From Diplonema japonicum (lineage: Eukaryota > Protista > Euglenozoa: Diplonemea): a stretch of 64,000 bases of DNA. Both the position numbers and the translations under genes were made by a program. The DNA lies in assembly GCA_964019335.1 (NCBI GenBank), contig OZ025727.1:248001-312000 (forward strand), written 5' to 3'. Positions within the stretch are counted from its first letter, which is position 1; the number at the start of each line of letters is the position of its first letter. The notes beneath the pieces are model-generated. The model saw only the letters and a program-made list of their open reading frames with translations. It was not told the origin of the DNA and searched no databases. Shown here piece by piece: positions 1-10,400 of this stretch.

Positions 1-443
1 GCTGGATTTCGAAAACGTGACCCCGAAATCCCTTGGAGGGAAGCTAGGGGAGTTGGCAGAGGTGCGACAGAAGGCCAGGAGACTGCACACGGTGATGAAG
101 AAGGTGTGGAACACATGGGAACTAGGGAGACTGCAGAAGAAGGTGAAAGGAAGGAGGGCCTTCCCTGCTGAACCATGCAAGAGAGTACATACGCTGCGAT
201 CAATCGGAGGGACGAAGGCGGTGATCGGGTGGAGTAGAAGAGCAATCTTTGCATCAACGAAGACCAAGTACGACCTGGAGGAGCTGGGGAAGCAATGGGC
301 AAAGGAAAGAAGGGAAAAAGTAGCCAAGCTGGGGAGGAGGCCGGTACGACCACCGAAGAAGGAGAAACCGCTGCTGAAGGGGGATAGGTGCAGGTAGAGC
401 ATGAGAACAAGGGGGCGTCTCACAAAGACTTCCTTTAACTCAT
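1..443 (+). mobile_element. 3' end of a non-LTR (LINE-like) retrotransposon, subfamily A, with 3' stem-loop and T-rich tail
   Basis: ORF 17..397 (RRAFPAEPCKRVHTLRSIGG...IGWSRRAIFAS) is homologous to the C-termini at 38757, 45772-47237 and 48088. The last two link by homology to the RT-bearing fragment at 16632. Hairpin at 401-443, then poly-T. Confidence 0.8.
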
Positions 444-552
444 ATATATTTTTTTTTCTTTTTTCTTCATTCTAAAAAAATTGAACTTCCCTCAGGTTTT
501 TTTTTTTTTCTTTTTCAAAAAAAAAAAAAAAAAAAAAAAAAAAGGGAAACAT

Positions 553-1875
553 ATGGCATCCTACGACGTCGACTGCAACCCCACCACAACCTGTATCCTA
601 CCGCAAGAAGCTCCGATTATGGGAATCCCTGTAAAAGTCCCCCAACCCGACCAAGCAGCAACCTGTGAAGCATGGGAAACAACAGACAGAAAATGCCGAA
701 CATCCTTAACGTTAACAATCATGAGCTACTTCTGCATGTGGAGCGGTGTACTGCTGATAACAACGGGCTATAAAAAAAACGCAGGGACGGTGATGTACAT
801 CGCAGGAGCACACGGCTTCGTCTTCGCAAAAGCCAGCCTCGCAATGAACTACGTACCCCACGAATCACACAGCCCTTTAAAATACTTCATGGCGATGGTG
901 ACAACGATTCTGGGTGTGGTGGGGATGGCCACTGCAACAACGGAATGGTCGTACAGTTTGATTGTATTCGTCTGTTCGCAGACGTGGCTGATGTACGTAG
1001 TTGCGCTGCGAACGATTGCAGTTTTCTCGACCCCTCCAAGACGTGAAAAACCAAACCCGACTTTCTTCACATGTTACTGCGGTCTGACGCTGATGACTAT
1101 CGGGTACTGCGGGCTATGGACAAGCCTTTTTTTCGCACTTGCAGAAGTGAACCGTTTCGCACTAACATTGTCCGTCGTAAGCTCTCTTATAGGGGCTGTT
1201 GGAACAGCCTGCATGGTCTTCACATCCAACACGCACCACACCATCGTCAACACCGTTATGCTGTTCAACTCCGTTGCAGGTATTATATTAATATCTGTAT
1301 ACACCCCGCTTCTGTTCGTGACCGGTTATGTGAAACCGTGGGAAGTGTTGGGGCAGTGCTTTCTTGTAATGGAATGCACCACGGTCCTGTGTATGGGATT
1401 TGTGGTTACAATGGTGAACCGGGCTGGGAGGCGGTATCCCCCGGTGAGGTTTCTCGCTGGGGTCGTTGTTGGTGTTGTTATGCTTGTGGTTGGCGCTGCG
1501 ATTGTGTTTGTTTCTTTAAACACTGTTTTCCGTTCTTTACCTGGATGGCAGCTTGCGGTTTGCGGTATTTGTCTCTTTTGTGGTGGGTGCGGGTCGTTGC
1601 TCGTCACTGTGTGCCCGGATGATAGCAAGATTGTGACGGTGTTGGCTGGTGTTGTAGTTGTCATGTTGGTTGCTTTCACCTTCGCTTTCCTGTATCAGGT
1701 TTTCGACACAGAGTGCAACGGTCCTTTTTGGCTTTGTGTTCTGATTGTGTTTTACGATGCTGTGGTCTTGGGTGCTGTGTTCCTCGTTACCACTGTTGCC
1801 CGGGGGGCTGGGAGAAGTAGCCTGGTTCCCTCTCATGTGGGTGTGGTGGTTTTTGAACCACAGGAACAGGCATGA
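553..1875 (+). CDS. Multipass (~12 TM) membrane protein of unknown function, paralogue 1
   Basis: Long hydrophobic ORF. The first ATG after the A-tract is at 553; the called start at 481 runs through homopolymers. Collinear with 3380..4825 (APIMGIP/APVMGIP, YxPLxY, VPxxVGVV). Confidence 0.85.
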   Translation: MASYDVDCNPTTTCILPQEAPIMGIPVKVPQPDQAATCEAWETTDRKCRTSLTLTIMSYFCMWSGVLLITTGYKKNAGTVMYIAGAHGFVFAKASLAMNYVPHESHSPLKYFMAMVTTILGVVGMATATTEWSYSLIVFVCSQTWLMYVVALRTIAVFSTPPRREKPNPTFFTCYCGLTLMTIGYCGLWTSLFFALAEVNRFALTLSVVSSLIGAVGTACMVFTSNTHHTIVNTVMLFNSVAGIILISVYTPLLFVTGYVKPWEVLGQCFLVMECTTVLCMGFVVTMVNRAGRRYPPVRFLAGVVVGVVMLVVGAAIVFVSLNTVFRSLPGWQLAVCGICLFCGGCGSLLVTVCPDDSKIVTVLAGVVVVMLVAFTFAFLYQVFDTECNGPFWLCVLIVFYDAVVLGAVFLVTTVARGAGRSSLVPSHVGVVVFEPQEQA

Positions 1876-1884
1876 TCGAAAGGG

Positions 1885-1926
<42 letters not shown>

Positions 1927-2435
1927 AACTTTAAAGAAGGGCGTTACTGGCGGGTCTTCTTCTCTCTATTTTTTTTTTTTTTTTTTTTTTTTTTGCTTTC
2001 TTCTAGGGGCCTGCGGCTCTCGCGCGGAGTTTGCATTTTGATGTCCCCCCCCCGGATTTAAGTTGAAAAAAAAAAGTAATTTTTTTTTTTTTGCTTTTTC
2101 TCGTTGAGAAAATCTAAAAAAAGAGAGAGAAAAAAATACATTTTTTTCTGTTTTGTCTTCCTTCCCCCTTTTAAAAGAGCTTTTTTTTCAAACTTGTTTT
2201 TTTGTTTACTTGCATACCGGTTTCTTCTTTTTTTTAATTGTAATTCTTGAACCCGAAGCCTAGAAGGTGCGGGCCCTGAACACGCAAAATCAGGGCTTCG
2301 AGTTAAAGTTTTATTTTTTTTAAAAGTTTTATGTCCTCTTGTATGCAAATAAGAAAAAAATATAGCAAGACTTCCTAAAAAGAAATCTTGTGTCACATCT
2401 TTTTTTTTTTTTCCTTTTTTTTTCTTGGTTACCTC

Positions 2436-2935
2436 TCTTGGTTACCCGGGACTGTTGAGTTGCGCACCACTCATCCGCGCTCCAGTGAGGCTCACGCCAA
2501 CACCTTCGCGGCGCGGATCACGCACTCCTACGCATGCCACGGCTTTTCAATACCGGAGCACGGCCGACTATGGGTGGATCGCTTGAGCATCATCCATTTT
2601 CGGGACCGGTTCATTCGGCAGGTGAGTTGTTGCACACTCATTATCGGATGCCGACTTCCATGGCCACCGTCCTGCTGTCTAGATGAACCGACACCCTTTG
2701 TGGGATCTGATGAGCGACCACTCGGACACCTTAAGTCAGCTCTCGGTTCATCCCGCGTCGCCAGTCCTGCTTACCAGAAGTGGCCCACTTGGAACCAGGA
2801 TTCTACGTCAGGGTACAATTAAGATACCCCGAGTTCACGCGGAACACAGAAGAAGCTACAATTCGCCCCCTGTAATCAAGTAGATAGTTCATTCTTCGTT
2901 GCACACTTAACGCCACTTAGTGTCGCAATCAAAAC
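2436..2935 (+). mobile_element. 5'-truncated long variant of the ribozyme-headed short retroelement
   Basis: Starts TCTTGGTTACCCGGG..GAGTTG and ends CGCGGAAC.CAGAAGAAGCTAC...CCCCCTGTAATCAAGTAGA, as the 20562 and 54305 copies do, but with ~340 extra internal nt. Has its own 3' hairpin at 2887-2935. Confidence 0.7.
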
Positions 2936-3379
2936 CCCATTTCTTTTTCTTCTTCTCCCTTACTGCCCTATCTTTTCTCCATTTCTTTCCTCTTACTCAC
3001 TATACCGCTATTTTTCTTTTCTTCCTATATTACCCCCCCCCCCCCCCCCCCTTCAATTTACTTCATTCACTCCAGAAAATCCTAATTTCCTCTACACGTA
3101 TTCCAGCTGATTGTCGGTGGCTCACTGACCTGGTAAAAAGTGTCAAAATGTAACTAGTAGCCCTGCTACTTTTCAGATATGACCATGCAACCACGATTTT
3201 CTTCTTTTTTTTTTTTTTTTTTTTTCTTTCATACTTATTATACTTGAATGAAGTAAAATTTACTATTGAGGGCCCAAGTTAATTTTTTTTTTTTTTTTTT
3301 TTTTTCCCCCCCAATAAAAGAACAATCACTCACAAAAGGAACCCGGCCTTGGCCTACAGGGTGCTGCCAAGCCCTGATT

Positions 3380-4825
3380 ATGCCTAGCGAAATCGACATA
3401 GAAGATGGGGACTGCTGGGTACCACCCGAGCAGCCCACAGGCGCGCCTGTCATGGGCATACCAGAAGAAAAACTAGTGTCGATCCAACGTGCCCCGTGGG
3501 CCTCCCGAACATCAATCATGATCGCACTGACCGGCTACATTACACTCTGGTGCGGGGTTCTGTTATCAGTAACAGAAGTGAAAGAAGATATCGGTACCAC
3601 TTTAATAATGCTCGGGGCGCATCTTTTCGTTCTCGGTTCGGCGTGTCTTGCGGTGAATTACCACCACGAAGCGGTGTACACACCCTTAGCATACCTCACG
3701 GCCACTATCACTCTCGGAGCTTCAATATCATCTGCGGTACTATTGAGCGACAGATGGGACATATGTTTAATCGTAGGCGCCGACTGCATGGCGTGGATAG
3801 GCTTTGTGATCCTTCGGCGAACAGCTGCTGTCGCACAACTGCCCCCTGCGTACCAACCAGTCACGGAACCAAGATATTGTATGTGTAAGTCTGGGATTAT
3901 AAGCGTGACGTTTGGTTATGTATTGTGCTGGGCAGCTCTTTTTGCGTCGCTTGCTGGGCAGCCCAGCGCGGCAACGGGTGTTGGAATGCTGGGTGTCGCG
4001 CTTGGAGGAACCGGTGCCGCATGTCTTCTCTTCATCCGTACCCCTTTAAACAAACACGTCAACTGGGCAGCACTGTCCCTTGGAATTCTCGGAACCGTTC
4101 TTATCACGATGTTCTGCTCGCTGTACTACTTCGCCGACGTGTCTTCCGCTGATGATCTCACCCCATGGGCACTTTCTGTTGAAGTCGGGACGGGGCTTCC
4201 AATGACCGTTGTTCTTTTACTGGTTAACAGAACAGGGAAGGTGTATAAAGCAAGCTCCTTCCCTGCGGGTTTGGTAGTGTCCGTTTTAGGCGTTGTTGCG
4301 GGGTATTCTCTGTTATGGGCGGCTCTCTTTTCCCTGGTTAAGGACGGCCTTCCGGGCGATGTTCTTTTTGTAACAGGGCTTTCCAGTAGTATAGCAGGAT
4401 GGGGTTCTTTGTCTGTAATCATTACGCTGTATGACAGGCTTGTCGTTTCTGTTTTGCAGGTCACGTTGGGTGGCATATTGCTGTGTTGTACTCCTTTGTA
4501 CATATATCTGACGCTGTTGAACAATGTGGATAATTTTGTTGGGTTGATGTTTCTTTACGCGTGTTTCACATGTGGTGTAGCCTTCGCTGTGTTTGGGACA
4601 CGAGTTCTTACAAAACGTGAAGCCGACGATACCGGTGGAGCAAATGATGAGAACCTCCTCTTAAGCAACACTGTTCCACAGGTTGGTGTTGTTATCGTAC
4701 CTGCTGTATCATCCCGATCTGCGGAGGAAGAAGAATTCGGGTCCTCGATGCCTGAGGTTTACCAGCAGCAGCGGGATGGGGTCGAGGCGCCTTTGATGAG
4801 ATCTTACTTCACCACATACAGCTGA
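3380..4825 (+). CDS. Multipass (~12 TM) membrane protein of unknown function, paralogue 2
   Basis: Hydrophobic ORF, probable start MPSEIDIE at 3380. Three internal GYxxxW motifs (GYITLWCG, GYVLCWAA, GYSLLWAA). Confidence 0.85.
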   Translation: MPSEIDIEDGDCWVPPEQPTGAPVMGIPEEKLVSIQRAPWASRTSIMIALTGYITLWCGVLLSVTEVKEDIGTTLIMLGAHLFVLGSACLAVNYHHEAVYTPLAYLTATITLGASISSAVLLSDRWDICLIVGADCMAWIGFVILRRTAAVAQLPPAYQPVTEPRYCMCKSGIISVTFGYVLCWAALFASLAGQPSAATGVGMLGVALGGTGAACLLFIRTPLNKHVNWAALSLGILGTVLITMFCSLYYFADVSSADDLTPWALSVEVGTGLPMTVVLLLVNRTGKVYKASSFPAGLVVSVLGVVAGYSLLWAALFSLVKDGLPGDVLFVTGLSSSIAGWGSLSVIITLYDRLVVSVLQVTLGGILLCCTPLYIYLTLLNNVDNFVGLMFLYACFTCGVAFAVFGTRVLTKREADDTGGANDENLLLSNTVPQVGVVIVPAVSSRSAEEEEFGSSMPEVYQQQRDGVEAPLMRSYFTTYS

Positions 4826-5818
4826 AGCCTATATATATATATTTTATTTTATTTTATTTACCCCCCTCTCATTTTTTTTTTTGTTTTTTTGTGACAAAAG
4901 AAAAACCGGGCTTTTTTCTTGCTTTGAACAAGACAAGCGGCTTTTATCCTACATCTACAGAGGTTAAATCCCCCCCCCCGGGCCGTGTGCAAACAATCAA
5001 TCCAACTTTTCTTTAAATTTGTTTTTAACAATATTATTGTTCGAGGACTAAAAAAAAACAAGTTGATAACAGCGTAATGAGCTATTTTACATTAGGTAGA
5101 ATTTTCCGCTCGCGCACAAACAATTGAAGCGCCGAACTAGCTTTTTTTTTTTTTTTTTTGTAGAAACCCGCGCGGTAGCTGCACTCACTCTGGTGAATTC
5201 ACCCGTAATAGAAATTCTTGTCAGAAAAGGGGGAGGGGGGAAAGAAAGGTCTTCGAATGGAGAAAGTATATATTTCCTTCTTCTTTTTTCCCCCCCCTCT
5301 TCTTTTCCCCCTTATTCTGCTTTTTTTTTTTTCCTGTCTCTTCGAACCTTCTTAGCTCGAGAGGAAGCGCAAAAAAAAAAAAATCTTTAAAAAGAAAAGA
5401 GATTTACTGCAGAAGATCATGTTTATTGGGAGGGAGGGGCGCGAGACTAAATTTAAATGGCAAAAGAAAAAAAAAGGAATAAAAAAAATAACAAAAAGAA
5501 CACAAAATAAAAATGAAGAAAAAAAAAAAAATAAGGCGAGCGCTTCCATCCCTCCCTCATTTCTGTTTCACTCTGTTCACCCTCGATCTACCTTCTACGA
5601 ACACAAAAAAAAAGAACACGGGGAGGGAAAGGAAAAAAAAAAAAAAAAAAGAGAGAGGCAAGTGGGTGGAGGGGGGGGGAGGTAATACTGATGCAAATAT
5701 AATGTCTCTCGTCTTCGTGTCCCCTCTCCCCCCTTTATGGTCATCGTTCGTTTTCATATAGTCTTTTTCTACCATTTGTTATCCTTTCAAAAAATTCGTA
5801 CAGAAAAAAAAAAAGAAA

Positions 5819-7009
5819 ATGTTGCTGCTTGCCATGTGTTGTTGCGCTGGTGTTGTCCACCCTGCACCGATACCACCTTTGCTAACAGGTGATATTAGCA
5901 CAGTAATAGTGTATGGTGTGTCCACCACCAACAGCAAGGGAAAGGCAGTATATGACCGTGTTAATCAAAGGCAGGCCAAGCTGACCTATGGCGGCGCAGG
6001 GTTTAAGGTGCCCGCATCTTGGGAGGGAACCCCGAAAGAGATCTTAGAGAAGTCGTTCTACTTTTTCGGCCCGGACATGTTCCTGCAGCTTAACTCCCTA
6101 AATTATCCCCAGCCACCGCAGAAGGCCTTCCCTGATGCATTCGAATGGGTCCCCGCAACCTCCTTCGTCAGGAACACCACCATCGACAACATCGCAGTGC
6201 AGGAGTACTTCCTCAACGCCTCGTCGGGGACTTTCTACTACTACAGTACCCCCGATGGTGTTCCTGTCAGAACGGCAATGACCCTTCCACTTCCTGGTCT
6301 CCCTGGGGCCCCTGTTATCCCCATCTTCATCCAAGACACGTACAGCAACGTCAGCTACACAGTGGACCCCACAGTCTTCACTTCATTCAACAGAACGGCA
6401 GCCCTGGACCCTCCTGTGTGCGCTGGACCGAGCAACCCCCCACCCGTCACCCTTGACATGTACATCTTCCACCCGCGTGACAACGTCACCATCAGCAACC
6501 AGGACACTGCCGATATCATGGGGGACACGAACTTCGTGTGTCTGGATGCCCTGTCGAACCACACGGCTCAGGACCACTACGATGTGGCATCGTGGTACAA
6601 GGTGGAGGTTCTTCCTGTTTGGGGTCAGTACCAGCTGTGCAATGGGTACCCTGGGCAGTGCATGGGGTCGAACACACACCTTGTCGGAAGGGAGCTTGCC
6701 TTCGGCGTGACACAGTTTGGGGGACAGTGCAACGAGGAGGATGCCAATGAAGTTGGTGTGTGGTGGTCGATGCCTGCTGATGGGGAGTGCAAGGAGGGAC
6801 AGGTTCCTTCTGAGGGAGTGTGCTCGTGGAGGGTGGTTCGCAGGGTGAAGACGATCGATGCTGTGAAGTGCCTGTTTGGGGAGCTGGGGATGCTTGACTC
6901 GTGCAGGAAGGAGCAAAGGCCTCCCTACCCAGTGACCAGCGATATGTACAGGCGGGCCTTCACAGAGGACAGCGTGGCGCAGAGGGGCTGCCCTCCCATC
7001 AACCCGTAG
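5819..7009 (+). CDS. Family A secreted protein, copy 1 (ependymin/LolA-like N-domain + conserved Cys-rich C-domain)
   Basis: Signal peptide MLLLAMCCCAGVVHP and several N-x-S/T sequons. Five intact paralogues in the window. Fold call rests on motif resemblance only. Confidence 0.9.
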   Translation: MLLLAMCCCAGVVHPAPIPPLLTGDISTVIVYGVSTTNSKGKAVYDRVNQRQAKLTYGGAGFKVPASWEGTPKEILEKSFYFFGPDMFLQLNSLNYPQPPQKAFPDAFEWVPATSFVRNTTIDNIAVQEYFLNASSGTFYYYSTPDGVPVRTAMTLPLPGLPGAPVIPIFIQDTYSNVSYTVDPTVFTSFNRTAALDPPVCAGPSNPPPVTLDMYIFHPRDNVTISNQDTADIMGDTNFVCLDALSNHTAQDHYDVASWYKVEVLPVWGQYQLCNGYPGQCMGSNTHLVGRELAFGVTQFGGQCNEEDANEVGVWWSMPADGECKEGQVPSEGVCSWRVVRRVKTIDAVKCLFGELGMLDSCRKEQRPPYPVTSDMYRRAFTEDSVAQRGCPPINP

Positions 7010-7337
7010 GACGCGAAAAATGTTTTTTTGTGTGGTAGCTCTCTTCTTGGTCTTTATTTCTTTGAATTCTGAAAAAAAGAAATAAAGGTCTGAATACTTT
7101 TCCTTTCCTTCTATCCGGCAAACGCTTTTACATACAAAGATTTTTCTTTTAGTAGCATCTTAAGTAAAGCATGCATACGTGTTTTCCCTCCTTTGTGGAA
7201 TTGCGTTTGTTTTTCATTAATGTTTCGACTTCATCCTCAGGGACGCCCATTACTATCTTACTCTGTTTCCCCCTATTTTCCGTTCCTCTCCTCTGTTCTG
7301 TTCGCTCTGTGAGCATGACGAGGATCATCTTTGAATT

Positions 7338-7376
7338 CGGGTGGAGCAGGAGACCACCGAAGAAGGAAACCCGCTG
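7338..7376 (+). mobile_element. Tiny internally deleted LINE relic
   Basis: CGGGTGGAGCAGGAG-ACCACCGAAGAAGGA joins two segments (GWSRR and PPKKE) of the subfamily A C-terminus at 227-370. Confidence 0.4.
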
Positions 7377-7487
7377 GTGCTTATATTGTTATGAATGTTT
7401 GCTGCCCTTCATTCTGTTTCGCTCCGCAGCAGTTGGTCGGGTAAGGATTGTATCAAATAGGTCCCCCCCCCCCCCCCCCCCCCCCAT

Positions 7488-10400
7488 ATGCATGTGCAGC
7501 TGTTGTTGGCGGTGCTGTCACTGGGGCAACTCGACCCCCCAGCGTGCAATGGGGTCTACAGCATTGACACAGCAGCTGAATCGGGTACATTGAGGTACCC
7601 TAACAGCGGGCAGTACGCTAACAATGCAGACCTCTGCTGGCGTATCAAGTCGACGAAGTGGATCCGGCTGGAGTGGGTGTCTCTGGACATCGAGGACATC
7701 ACAGAGTGTGTAAAACTTTCGGATTGCGCTTCTTCGGATCCCTGCAGTCTGACAGAGTCATGTGGCAACGACGCTCTCATCGCTTATGACACTTCGAACT
7801 TCCCAGGGATGACCTTCTGCGGGATGGCAGCAAGTAATATCATCTGGCAGCCAACTTCAAAGGGCGATGTGGTGTTCAGGTTCAAAAGCAACTCCAAAAC
7901 AACAGGACAGGGCTTCACTGTCAAATGGTCCACCTGCGAAGTGAAACCCGACACTGGCTACTCCGTGGAGAGGGCCCCTCGTTGCGGTGGGCAGATCGAA
8001 CATATCTTGACCAACCCCACAGGCACACTGAGTCACCCTGCGAAAGGCGGGGAGTATCGTACTGGTGAGAACGAATGCTGGCGGATACTCTGCAACGGAC
8101 AGCTCTCCCTCACGTGGAAGAATTTCGATTTAAGACGCGGTACTAACATCGGCTGCCATGAGGATAAGGTCACCATCTACGACAGTGAGGAAGTCGAGCA
8201 CACACTGTGCCACAAACTTGCACTCACTGTGTACCCTCCTGGTGATATCGTCATCAACTTCTTCTCTGATGTCTGTGAAGTCAGGTTTGGTTTTATCGTG
8301 TCGTGGTCGTGCGGGGCATGGGACTACCCTACCCCTCCGCAGAAGGGTACCCTTGTCGGTGCTGACTGCAGAGTTTATTCCAGTGACTTCTCCACTTCGG
8401 CTGGCAACCTTGCTTATCCCTCCACTCCTGGCTTGTACGGCAATAGTATCAAATTATGCTGGCGCATCCAGTGTGGCGGGCAGCTCACCCTCACCTATCA
8501 CGAGATGGACATTGATCTGACCACGAAGTGTTTCCGTGACCATCTTGCATTCGAGCAGCAAGGGCTTGTGCGTTCTGACTTGTACTGCGGTACAGTCCTT
8601 CCTGACTACCAGCCTCCCATAAGGGGCGACCTTGTTGTCTACTTTAGGAGTGACGGTATTAATTCGGGAGAAGGATTCAACCTGTCGTGGGTGTGTGATG
8701 ACTCACCGGACCCTCCTGCCCCATCAAACCCTGGAATGCAGCCCCCGGCAACACAGCCGCCACCTTTGACAGCCTGTCCCATACCCGCCACATCTGCACC
8801 GGATACTCTGGCACCTCCAACTGATGCACCTGCCACAGCTCCACCTACTGACCCTCCCACAACACCATTTCCACCAACGGACCCTCCCACAACTTCAGCT
8901 CCATCAACAAGTGCTCCCTTAACCCAAGCTCCACCAACTTCAGAACCGGTCAAGGACACAACCGCCCCCACGACACCACGCCCCGACACCCCAACGTTCG
9001 TCCCTGTGACTGTGGCACCCCCCACCACAGGACCGACAGCGGTGCCAACAAGGAGCCCTGGGATTGTTCCAACACCCGCCCCCCCGACAGAGACGACAGA
9101 GACCCTCAACAAGACGGGGATCGAGGAGGTTCTGACGAGCACTGGGAAGACTGTGATCCGCACAACGGACGGCGGGGTGACAGTGGTGGACAAGACTGAG
9201 GGTGGTGGTGGTGGTGGTGGGTTCGGCGGCTCGGTGACTGTCCCTGGAGGCCCTCAGACTGCGGTGAAGGTGAGCGGAAAGACTCTGGTGATGGGGTCAG
9301 CGAACGGGACCGTGTCCATCGTTGACATTGAGAAAACCCCCCCCACTGTGAAGGGGAGCTGGACGGCGACGGGGGAGGTGCGGAGCATCGCCATCGGGAG
9401 GTCCCTGCTGGCGGTGTCGGACAGTGCTGGGCTGAAGATCGTGTCCCTCCGGAACCCCGAGCTTCCCATCCTGATGGGGGAGCTGAAGGTGGGCTACATG
9501 CAGGAGATGGGGTTCACGGAGGACGCGACCTTCCTGTTCGGGGTTCCCGAGGGCTCTGGGGAGGTGCTGATGTTCGACGTGAGGGACCCGACGCGGCCCT
9601 CGCTGAAGTACAGCTTGGAGGTGAAGATCCCCGTGTCGAGCGTGAGGGTGGGAAGGGATGAGGTGTTCGTGTGCGACTCGGAAGGGCTGAAGCGCTTCAA
9701 CACGGGGACCCTGCCCCCTTCCCTCGCCCTCTCGCAACCGGGGGCGTGCGGGCTCCTTGCGGCGACACACGAGAGGCGGTACCTGTTCGTGTCGGACCCC
9801 GTGACAGGAGGGGCCGCCAATGCGAAGCGCATCACACAGTACTCCCTCGACCCCTCGTTAACAGCGGACGGGCTCCTCTTCTCAAGGGGACCTGTTCTCA
9901 GCATGGAGGTGTCGGCGGACGACCGGTACCTCTACGTTGCGGACAGCCTGGGCCTGCAGGTGTTCCCGTTGGTGCGGACGAACCCTGGGCGTCTTGACAA
10001 CCCTTTGCTGAAGTTGCTTCGATCAGTGAGGACGGGAAGGAGGGCAAACGGGGCGAAGGTTTTGGACAAGTCACAAATGGTGATTGCAGCTGACGACGAG
10101 GGGCTCAGCAGCTTCTTCAACATCTTCGACTCGAAGAACTCGGATGGGAGGAAGAAGTGGATCACTGGTGGGGCGACAGCTGTGGAGACATCTCTGGACG
10201 GACGGTGGGGTTTCTACGGGAAGGGGAGTGCTGTGACTGTGTTCGAGGTGGTGACGCTGAACACTGTGACGACTGTGGCGACACCTTCTGAGGTGCGGTC
10301 AATGACACGGTTCGCTGGTGTGCTGTACGTCACCTGCAAAGATGGTGTCTACAGCTACAGTCTGAATGACCTTCCACAGGTCTCGTTCCTATCGACGGTG

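Noticed and set aside
4858-5775. Poly-K/poly-F ORFs in spacers, and upstream extensions of the ORFs at 481, 3266, 25954 and 30700
   Set aside because: These are translations of A/T/G/C homopolymer tracts; true starts were assigned by paralogue comparison.
7686-7778. Diversity-generating retroelement explanation for the CUB loop (an RT lies nearby)
   Set aside because: Differences between copies involve all four bases and indels, no non-coding template repeat is visible, and the RT is a broken LINE-type enzyme.
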